DNA of 24,533 nucleotides, taken from positions 1 through 24,533 of the forward strand of contig JACQTH010000583.1 of assembly GCA_016210935.1 (NCBI GenBank), given 5' to 3'. The stretch's first letter is position 1. Every line of letters begins with the position of its first letter. This DNA comes from Acidobacteriota bacterium. Lineage in GTDB: Bacteria > Acidobacteriota > Vicinamibacteria > Vicinamibacterales > JACQTH01. The notes beneath the pieces were generated by a model. It was not told the DNA's origin. It saw only the letters and a program-made list of their open reading frames with translations, and searched no databases. Of the stretch, positions 1 to 7,077 are shown one piece after another. Made by a program: the position numbers and the translations under genes.

Positions 1-761
1 GAGAGGATGACCCGCTCGATCCCGGTCCCACCCAGCCGATCCTCGTGATACATCGCGGTCTGGTGCACGAGATCCGCGAGACTGTCCTCGCTGTCGCCGC
101 TGCGGTTCCGGAAGAAGCGCAGATCGGTCCCCCGCAGGATGGCGACGCTCGCGTACTCGGGCCGGACGTGGACCAGCAGCCAGTCGCCGGCTGGCGCGCC
201 GCTCGAGGCCAGGACCGCATTGATCACGTTGAAGCAGGAAAGATCGACCAGACCCGGGTACGCCCCGGCCGCCGTCGCCAGCCCCTCGTACTCCGAGACG
301 ACATCGCGCCGCGCCAGCGCCACGATGTACTCACAACCGCCGTCCGGCAGCCTGACACCGGGCGCGTGCGTCACCTGTGCGTCTTCGATTCTGAACGGTG
401 CGCTCTTGCGGACATGGAATCGAACGAGCTGATCGAGATCGTCCGGCCGCGCCGGCACGGAGTCGAATCGCACGAGCGAAACCTTCGCGACCGGGTCCGG
501 CACCACGAGAGCGACTCGCGGGCGCCGGACGCCGAGCGCGGCGATGACCCGCTGGACCGCGCCGCACGCCGAACCCTTATCGTGGACGTTGCTCGCGTTC
601 AGCGCCGGGGTGATGGCCCCGGCCGGTAGCGTCTCGGTGGCGTGGGCTGTGATCGTCCAGGTCGAGCCGCGCGGCGACGCCGCGACCCCGGAGACGGTCG
701 TCGCGGACACTTCGATCGCGACGGTGGGTGCCGGCGCGGACAGGAACGATCGGCCTGTCAT
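1..761 (-). CDS. pilM: PilM-like type IV pilus assembly protein, C-terminus runs off the window edge
   Basis: Not in the ORF track because it has no stop inside the window. Translated by hand from ATG 761, which overlaps the pilB stop (ATGA): MTGRSFLSAPAPTVAIEVSATTVSGVAASPRG...RVALVVPDPVAKVSLVRFDSVP...LDQLVRFHVRKSAPFRIEDAQV...GLVDLSCFNVINAVL...LRFFRNR...LADLVHQTAMYHEDRLGG. Open to base 1; directly downstream of pilC-pilB. Confidence 0.72.
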   Translation of the reverse strand, partial: MTGRSFLSAPAPTVAIEVSATTVSGVAASPRGSTWTITAHATETLPAGAITPALNASNVHDKGSACGAVQRVIAALGVRRPRVALVVPDPVAKVSLVRFDSVPARPDDLDQLVRFHVRKSAPFRIEDAQVTHAPGVRLPDGGCEYIVALARRDVVSEYEGLATAAGAYPGLVDLSCFNVINAVLASSGAPAGDWLLVHVRPEYASVAILRGTDLRFFRNRSGDSEDSLADLVHQTAMYHEDRLGGTGIERVIL

Positions 762-2410
762 TCGACGAACGTCACTTTGTTGATCTCGCGAAGCGTCGTA
801 ACCCCCTGGAAGACGCGCTGGACCGCGCACTCGCGCAGGAACTGCATGCCTTCTTCGCGAGCGGCCTTCTTGATCTCCGACGTGGGCTTCCCATCGAGAA
901 TCATCTCACGAATACGGTCGGACAAATCGAGCAGCTCGCAGATCGCCGTCCGCCCTTTGTAGCCGGTTCCGCCGCACTCGATGCATCCCGCCCCTTCATG
1001 AAACGGGTGTCCGTCGACCAGCGACGGGTCGAGGCCGGATTCCTCCAGCAGGGTCCGGGTCGGCCGGGCCTCTCTCTTACAGTGCGGGCAGATCACGCGA
1101 ACCAGGCGCTGGGCCAGGACGCAGTTGAGCGCCGAGACGAACTGATACGGCTCCACGTTCATGTTGAGGAAGCGGCCGAGCACGTCGACGACGTTGTTCG
1201 CGTGGACCGTCGTAAAGACGAGATGGCCCGTGAGCGCCGACTGGATGGCGATCTGCGCCGTCTCCGGATCGCGAATCTCCCCCACCATGATCTTGTCGGG
1301 GTCATGCCGCAGGATCGACCGCAGTCCGCGGGCGAAGGTGAGCCCCTTCTTCTCGTTGATCGGAATCTGCGTGATGCCCTCGATCTGATACTCGACGGGA
1401 TCTTCGATGGTGATGATCTTGTCCTCGACCGACTTGATCTCCGAGAGCGCCGCGTACAAGGTCGTCGTCTTGCCGCTCCCCGTCGGGCCGGTGACCAGCA
1501 CCATCCCATACGGCTCCGCGATGTACTTCCGGAACCGTTTCAGCTCCGCGTCCGGAAACCCGAGGATGTCGAGCCGCAGGTCGCTGAACTGCTCGCTGAT
1601 CGACTCCTTGTCCAGGATCCGGATGACGGCGTCCTCCCCGTGCACGCTCGGCATGATCGACACGCGGAAGTCGATGGTCTTTCCCGGCACCCGCAGCCTG
1701 AACCGGCCGTCCTGGGGCACGCGCTTCTCGGCGATGTCGAGCTCCGCCATGACCTTGATGCGCGAGACGATGGAGCTGTGAAACTGCTTGGCGATCGGCC
1801 GCATCGCGGGCTGGAGCACGCCGTCGATCCGGTACTTCACATGAACGGCGTCGTCCTGCGTTTCGATGTGAATGTCGCTGGCGCGGCGCTGGATGGCCGA
1901 GAAGATCGTCGAGTCCACGAGGCGGATGATCGGACTGATGTCGCTGGTCAGCCGCTCCACGGTGAGGCTCTCGTCTCCGGCCTCGTCTTCCTTGAGGAGC
2001 TGGAGCTGAAACCCTTCCGTGGCCTCCTCGAGCACCCGCTGGGAGCTCTCGCTCTTCTTCAGGATCGCTTCGATCGCCGATCTCGGCCCCACCGTGACTT
2101 TGAGCGGCGTCGCCAGCAGCAGCGACAGCTCGTCGATCATCGGCAGATCGGTCGGATCGGACACGACGATGACGAGCGACTTGCCGTCGCGCGCGTAGGG
2201 GACGAAGTTGTAGCGCAACATCAAGTCTGCGGGAATGGACCGGAACAACTCGTGATCGATCCGGAACTCCTGCAGATCGACGAACATCAGGCCATAGCGC
2301 TCGGCGAGGCGCCGGGCCTGCTCCACTTCGCGCGCGCGGTCCTCCGGCGCCGTCTCGACGCCGGTGGAACCGGCATACAACTCGTCCGGCGTGACGGGAT
2401 GGTTGTTCAC
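758..2410 (-). CDS. pilB: PilB/GspE-family pilus assembly or secretion ATPase
   Basis: Walker A GPTGSGKTTT, TIEDPVEY, Walker B region IMVGEIRD, His box TGHLVFTTVHAN, tetracysteine CPHC...CIEC. GTG start overlaps the pilC stop (GTGA). Confidence 0.93.
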   Translation of the reverse strand: MNNHPVTPDELYAGSTGVETAPEDRAREVEQARRLAERYGLMFVDLQEFRIDHELFRSIPADLMLRYNFVPYARDGKSLVIVVSDPTDLPMIDELSLLLATPLKVTVGPRSAIEAILKKSESSQRVLEEATEGFQLQLLKEDEAGDESLTVERLTSDISPIIRLVDSTIFSAIQRRASDIHIETQDDAVHVKYRIDGVLQPAMRPIAKQFHSSIVSRIKVMAELDIAEKRVPQDGRFRLRVPGKTIDFRVSIMPSVHGEDAVIRILDKESISEQFSDLRLDILGFPDAELKRFRKYIAEPYGMVLVTGPTGSGKTTTLYAALSEIKSVEDKIITIEDPVEYQIEGITQIPINEKKGLTFARGLRSILRHDPDKIMVGEIRDPETAQIAIQSALTGHLVFTTVHANNVVDVLGRFLNMNVEPYQFVSALNCVLAQRLVRVICPHCKREARPTRTLLEESGLDPSLVDGHPFHEGAGCIECGGTGYKGRTAICELLDLSDRIREMILDGKPTSEIKKAAREEGMQFLRECAVQRVFQGVTTLREINKVTFVE

Positions 2411-3621
2411 GACGTTCCTACGACCGCTGACAGGTTGAGCAGCGGCAGATAGAGGCTCAGCAGCAGCACCGCGATCACGAGCCCCATGATGGCCAGCAGA
2501 ATCGGCTCGACCAGCGTGACGAACCGCCCGAGGTCCGTCTCGATCTCCTCGTCGTAGAAGTCGGCCAGGCTGTTCAGCATCTCCTGCAGGGCGCCGGTCG
2601 ACTCGCCGACCTCGGCCATCTTGACCGCCACCGGGGGGAACACGCCGCGCTCGTCGAGCGCCGCCGCGAACGCGGACCCTTCCCGCACCCGCACCCCCAC
2701 GGTCTGCAGCTCGCGCGCGATGTGCTGGTTGCCGATGGATCGCGCCGCGACCTCGATGGCATTCACCAGCGGGATGCCCCCGCCCAGCAGCGTTCCCAGG
2801 GTCCGGGCCAGCTGCGACGTCGCGAACTTTCGCGCGACGGATCCGGCGAACGGAATCCGCAGGACGACGCGGTCGAATCGCGCCCGCTGGTTGGGCTGGC
2901 GCAGCCAGAGCACAAAGGCGGCCACCAGAGCGGCGAGCGCCAGGACGACGAAAAGAAGCTGTTCGCGCACGATCGTCGCGATCGTCACCATCGCGCGCGT
3001 CAACGGTGGAAGCTCCGCGCTGAAGCTCTCGTAGAACAGCGCAAACTCGGGCACGACGGTGAACAGAATGATCCCGACCACGATGAGCGCCAGCGCCACC
3101 AGGATGATTGGGTAGATCAACGCGGAAACCATCCGCCGCTTCACACCGCTGATCACTTTGGCATAGGCGACGAAGCGCCGGATGGTGCTGTCAAGACTGC
3201 CGCTCTTCTCGCCGGCGAGCAGCGACGCCGTGTACACGCCCGGAAACAGATCCTGATAATTCCCAAACGCGTCGGAGAGGGCCGACCCGGCGCGGACGCG
3301 GTCGTGCACATCGTCCAGAACCGTCCGGAACAGCGGGTTCGTCACCCGCTGTCGCAGGATGTCAAGGGACTGCACGAGCGGCATGCCGGCTTTCAGTAAG
3401 GTCGCGAGCTCCTGATTGAAGACCAGGAATTCACGCGCCGGGACGCGGCGGCGCTGCGGCAGCTCGAGCGACAGGCCCGCAATGGCGCTGCGGGGTTGCA
3501 GGCGGAGGACGCAGAGCCCCTTCTGCTCGAATTCATGTCTGAGTCGCGTTTCGCTTTCGGCCATGTACACGCCCTCGACAATTTCACCAGTGGGCGTGCC
3601 TAGCCTGCAGCGAAACTCCAT
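2407..3621 (-). CDS. pilC: PilC/GspF-family inner-membrane platform protein
   Basis: Two GspF-type repeats (QELATLLKAGMPLVQSL...AGEKSGSLD; LGTLLGGGIPLVNAI...VGESTGALQEML), three hydrophobic segments, C-terminal LVEPILLAIMGLVIAVLLLSLYLP. Confidence 0.93.
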   Translation of the reverse strand: MEFRCRLGTPTGEIVEGVYMAESETRLRHEFEQKGLCVLRLQPRSAIAGLSLELPQRRRVPAREFLVFNQELATLLKAGMPLVQSLDILRQRVTNPLFRTVLDDVHDRVRAGSALSDAFGNYQDLFPGVYTASLLAGEKSGSLDSTIRRFVAYAKVISGVKRRMVSALIYPIILVALALIVVGIILFTVVPEFALFYESFSAELPPLTRAMVTIATIVREQLLFVVLALAALVAAFVLWLRQPNQRARFDRVVLRIPFAGSVARKFATSQLARTLGTLLGGGIPLVNAIEVAARSIGNQHIARELQTVGVRVREGSAFAAALDERGVFPPVAVKMAEVGESTGALQEMLNSLADFYDEEIETDLGRFVTLVEPILLAIMGLVIAVLLLSLYLPLLNLSAVVGTS

Positions 3622-3656
3622 GTCAAGAGTTTAGACCACGGGGCCGGGAATGTGGA
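3622..3656 (-). promoter_or_regulatory. Putative sigma70-type promoter giving a leaderless pilC transcript
   Basis: Minus strand TCCACA-N17-TAAACT-N6-ATG; no Shine-Dalgarno sequence upstream of pilC. Confidence 0.45.
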
Positions 3657-3691
3657 CTGCACGAAACTGCCGGGATCGGCGCGAAGACTGG

Positions 3692-4561
3692 CTACCGGGG
3701 CTCGATGAAGGCGTGGAAGACCCGGACGCCGAGTTCTCGGGGGTCCCGGCTGTTCGAGCCTGGGGTCGACGCCGGCACGATCGTTTTGTCGACCAGAAGC
3801 CGCAGTTCCACCATATCGGTCGTCCCGAACTGCGCGGCTGAAACAGGCGTTTTCTGAAGAATCTGCTCCCGCCCGACGGGGAAGGTGTCGAGCGTCTGGT
3901 TCCCAAGGACGAGCGTGACGGTCTGCGGGTCGGGCAACCCGCCGGGCTGCCCGTCGAGGCTCAGATAGAGAAGGCAGTCGCGCTTGGGATTCCTGAGCGC
4001 CAGGACCGCCTCTTTGCGCGTCCACTGCCACTCGACGGCCGGGTTGTCTTCGGCCACTTCCGCCGGATGCCACCCGTCCTTGAAGATGACGAACACGTTC
4101 TCCGTCTGAGGCAGCAGCTGGATGTCCGCCACCTTATATGATCGCTGGCCGCGGTCCTCACCCGACAGCCGAAGCCTCCGTTCGGACTTCATCGAATACA
4201 GTCCTGCCACCACCGTCGCCTTGCCGATATAGGGGTAGACCGGAATAAACATGGTCCGCGTGTACTCAATCGTCTCGCCCGGCGTCCACCGCGTCGTCGG
4301 CCGCGGCGGCACATGGTCATCCGTCCACATCAGCTCTTCGTCGGCGTCCAGGAAGTGGACCATCACGTGGTAATCCTCATCGAACCGCGCATTTGGCGCC
4401 ACGACCCACCTGTACGCGACCTCAACGGGACTTCCAAGCGGCGGACGTGTCGTGTTGAACTTCGCGGAGACCGAGGCCACCGGCGCCGTGTCGTCACGGC
4501 TCTCGCCGCAACCGACTGCAAGCGCAAGAATGATGGAGAGGAAGATCCTTCGGGGTACCAC
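3692..4561 (-). CDS. Uncharacterised lipoprotein with two predicted beta-sandwich domains
   Basis: ORF track 3692..4600. GTG at 4561 gives MVPRRIFLSIILALAVGC (basic N-region, hydrophobic core, lipobox-like AVGC). Domain 1 YHVMVHFLD...TTRWTPGE...VVAGLY; domain 2 GWHPAE...WQWT...DPRELGVRV. Confidence 0.78.
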   Translation of the reverse strand: MVPRRIFLSIILALAVGCGESRDDTAPVASVSAKFNTTRPPLGSPVEVAYRWVVAPNARFDEDYHVMVHFLDADEELMWTDDHVPPRPTTRWTPGETIEYTRTMFIPVYPYIGKATVVAGLYSMKSERRLRLSGEDRGQRSYKVADIQLLPQTENVFVIFKDGWHPAEVAEDNPAVEWQWTRKEAVLALRNPKRDCLLYLSLDGQPGGLPDPQTVTLVLGNQTLDTFPVGREQILQKTPVSAAQFGTTDMVELRLLVDKTIVPASTPGSNSRDPRELGVRVFHAFIEPR

Positions 4562-4570
4562 GGAAGAGTC

Positions 4571-4600
4571 AGAATAGCGTAGTTGCTGCGGCTCCCGCAA
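4571..4600 (-). promoter_or_regulatory. Putative sigma70-type promoter of the lipoprotein gene
   Basis: Minus strand TTGCGG-N18-TATTCT, 9 nt before GTG 4561. Confidence 0.35.
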
Positions 4601-4612
4601 TGATGCTAGAGT
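4583..4612 (+). promoter_or_regulatory. Putative sigma70-type promoter of the BMC module
   Basis: TTGCTG-N18-TAGAGT with extended -10 TGc (TGCTAGAGT). Confidence 0.4.
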
Positions 4613-4645
4613 GCGCGCGACTGTTGGGCCTCAACATCTTACGCT

Positions 4646-4672
4646 GATCTTCCGGCTAAAGCCGGAAGCCAC
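4646..4672 (-). repeat. REP-like hairpin, copy 1
   Basis: Plus strand GAT-CTTCCGGC-TAAA-GCCGGAAG-CCAC, read on minus as GTGG plus an 8-bp stem. 23/27 identical to the copy at 16540-16566. Confidence 0.8.
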
Positions 4673-4677
4673 GAGTC

Positions 4678-4959
4678 ATGGCTGCAGAAGCGCTCGGGAT
4701 GATCGAAACGAAGGGTCTCATCGGCTCGGTCGAGGCGGCCGACGCGATGGCGAAGACCGCCAACGTCGTGCTCGTGGGCAAGGAGTACATCGGCGCCGGT
4801 TACGTCACGGTCATGGTCCGTGGTGACGTGGGCGCCGTGAAGGCGGCGACGGACGCCGGCGCCGCGGCGGCCCGGCGCGTGGGCGAGCTGGTGTCGGTTC
4901 ACGTCATCCCTCGCCCCCACAGCGAAGTCGAACGGATTCTCCCGCAGCAGAAAACGTAA
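4678..4959 (+). CDS. Bacterial microcompartment shell hexamer (BMC-H, EutM/PduA/CcmK family)
   Basis: ALGMIETKG...[11 protein letters not shown]...[25 protein letters not shown]...HVIPRPH, a single ~90-aa BMC domain. Confidence 0.97.
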   Translation: MAAEALGMIETKGLIGSVEAADAMAKTANVVLVGKEYIGAGYVTVMVRGDVGAVKAATDAGAAAARRVGELVSVHVIPRPHSEVERILPQQKT

Positions 4960-4977
4960 AATTCCCGGCCTGCTGAC

Positions 4978-6765
4978 ATGGCCGCCGAGCAGCCGAAAGT
5001 AGAACTCGACCGCGACCTCGCCTCCATTACCGAAGCCCGCCAGCTCGCGCGACGCGCGAAGCAGGCACAAGCCATCCTCGCGGAATGCTCGCAGGAACAG
5101 ATCGATGCGTTCACCGACGCACTGGCCGCCGCGGCGGCTGCGCATGCCGAGCCGGTCGCCCGCCTGGCCGTCGAGGAAACGGGCTACGGCGTGGTGGCCG
5201 ACAAGATCCAGAAGAACCTGTTCTCGGCGCAGCGGGTCTACCAGTTCATCAAGCCGATGCGGACCGTCGGGATCGTCAACCGCATCGAGAGCACGAAGGT
5301 TATCGAGATTGCTGAGCCGTTCGGCGTGGTGGCGGCCGTCGTTCCATCCACCAACCCCACCTCGACGGCCATCTACAAGATTCTGATTTCCATCAAAGCC
5401 CGGTGCGCCATCGTCCTGAGTCCCCATCCAGCTGCGGTCAAGTGCATCACGCGCACGGCGGAGGTGATGGCAGATGCGGGGCACAAGGCCGGTCTTCCTG
5501 ACGGCGCGATCAGTTGGATGACGACGGTCACGCTTGAAGGGACCCAGGAACTGATGAAGCACCGCGACATCGCTGTCATCCTCGCGACCGGAGGGATGGG
5601 ACTCGTCCGCGCGGCTTATAGCGCTGGCAAGCCCGCGTACGGCGTCGGGCCCGGCAACGCCCCCGCGTACGTCGAACGGACGGCGGATCTCAAGAAGGCC
5701 GTTCACGATGTGGTGACGGGGAAAACCTTCGACAACGGTGTGCTCTGCTCGGCGGAAAACGCGGTCGTTGTCGACGAAGCGATCGCCGAGGATGTGCGGA
5801 GAGCCTTTATCGCGGATGGCGGCCACTTTCTCTCGCCCGACGAGATTGAGAAGGTGGGAAAGGCCCTCGTGACGCCGCAGCGCCTCCCCAACCCCGCTCT
5901 GGTTGGAAAAGCCGCTACATTCATCGCGTCCAAGGCCGGCATCACGGTTCCGGCCGAGACGCGGGTTCTCTTGGCGCCGCTGGCCGGCGTCGGCCGGGAC
6001 TACCCACTGTCCATCGAAAAGCTCTGTCCCGTGCTTGCGTTCTACGTTGTCAAGGATTGGCGGGAAGGCTGCGAACGGTGCAAGCAGATCCTGCGCTACG
6101 GCGGGATGGGGCACACCATGTCGATTCATTCCCGCGACGACCGCATCATCCTGGAGTTCGGCCTGAAAAAGCCCGCCTTCCGGATCTGCGTCAACACCCC
6201 AACGACCCACGGGTCGATCGGGCTGACAACCGGGCTCGAGCCCGCGATGACCCTCGGGTGCGGGGGGTACGGAGGGAACATCACCTCCGACAACATCTCG
6301 CCGCGGCATCTGCTCAACATCAAACGCCTGGCCTATGAGGTGAGACCGGCCGTCAGGCGCGGCGAGCAGCCGCGTGCGGAGGTCGACTGGCGCTCGGGGG
6401 GCCCTGAGCCAGGTCGAGGGGCGACGGAAGCGCCAATGTCCGCGTCCCAACTCAGTGATTTGCCGCGGCCGCCCGACCGGCCGGTCGACCGCGGGATCTC
6501 CGCCGAGGCGTTATCGAAGCGGATAGACGAGTTTCTGGCCGTTCGGGGGTTTTCGTCAGGCTCCCCTCGGAAAGCGGCCATTACGGCGGCGGCCATGCCG
6601 GCGGCCCCTTCCAAGCCCGTCGATTTCGTCTGCGAGGAGGACGTCCGGGAGGCCATCAAAACGGGCCGGCGCATCGTTATTGATGACCGGACGATTCTCA
6701 CGCCTGCTGCCCGCGATCTGGGGGAATCCAAGGGCGTCTTCAGCTTCGCGGATTGGCGCGCGTAG
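4978..6765 (+). CDS. CoA-acylating aldehyde dehydrogenase (EutE/PduP/AdhE-N type), BMC-associated, with a ~140-aa C-terminal extension
   Basis: VPSTNPTST, LATGG, GVGPGNAP, catalytic FDNGVLCSAEN, EKLCPVL, GHTMSIH, TLGCGGYGGNITSDN. Located 18 nt after the BMC-H gene. Confidence 0.93.
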   Translation: MAAEQPKVELDRDLASITEARQLARRAKQAQAILAECSQEQIDAFTDALAAAAAAHAEPVARLAVEETGYGVVADKIQKNLFSAQRVYQFIKPMRTVGIVNRIESTKVIEIAEPFGVVAAVVPSTNPTSTAIYKILISIKARCAIVLSPHPAAVKCITRTAEVMADAGHKAGLPDGAISWMTTVTLEGTQELMKHRDIAVILATGGMGLVRAAYSAGKPAYGVGPGNAPAYVERTADLKKAVHDVVTGKTFDNGVLCSAENAVVVDEAIAEDVRRAFIADGGHFLSPDEIEKVGKALVTPQRLPNPALVGKAATFIASKAGITVPAETRVLLAPLAGVGRDYPLSIEKLCPVLAFYVVKDWREGCERCKQILRYGGMGHTMSIHSRDDRIILEFGLKKPAFRICVNTPTTHGSIGLTTGLEPAMTLGCGGYGGNITSDNISPRHLLNIKRLAYEVRPAVRRGEQPRAEVDWRSGGPEPGRGATEAPMSASQLSDLPRPPDRPVDRGISAEALSKRIDEFLAVRGFSSGSPRKAAITAAAMPAAPSKPVDFVCEEDVREAIKTGRRIVIDDRTILTPAARDLGESKGVFSFADWRA

Positions 6766-6828
6766 ACCCTGGCACACCCGCCATTGCACCGCTTGAGCGC
6801 TTATTGTTGAGCCTGCTGAACTTATCCG

Positions 6829-6858
6829 TTGACCGCCCGAGCTCTCCGATGTTAAGGT
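6829..6858 (+). promoter_or_regulatory. Putative sigma70-type promoter of mltD
   Basis: TTGACC-N18-TAAGGT with extended -10 TGt. Confidence 0.5.
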
Positions 6859-6889
6859 TGAGCGGTTCCGGTCTGGCCGGGCTCGTCCG

Positions 6890-6957
6890 GCCCGCCTGAA
6901 GGCGGGCACTACGAGACTCATGAGCCCAATCAGCTGTAGTGCCCGGCTTCAGCGGGC
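6890..6957. repeat. Inverted pair of GTAG-type REP-like hairpins (REPIN/BIME-like)
   Basis: GCCCGCC-TGAA-GGCGGGC-A-CTAC (6890-6912), 23-nt spacer, GTAG-T-GCCCGGC-TTCA-GCGGGC (6936-6957). The two are near reverse complements. Confidence 0.75.
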
Positions 6958-7077
6958 CTGCCAGCGACCCGGCCGGAGCGCTTGGTCCTGCCGCCAGTTA
7001 GTTTCGGAAGTCCCTCCGCCTGAGGGGCGATTGAAGTCCGCATCCGGTCGGGTCCGGATGCTTTGCGGAGCGCCCTG

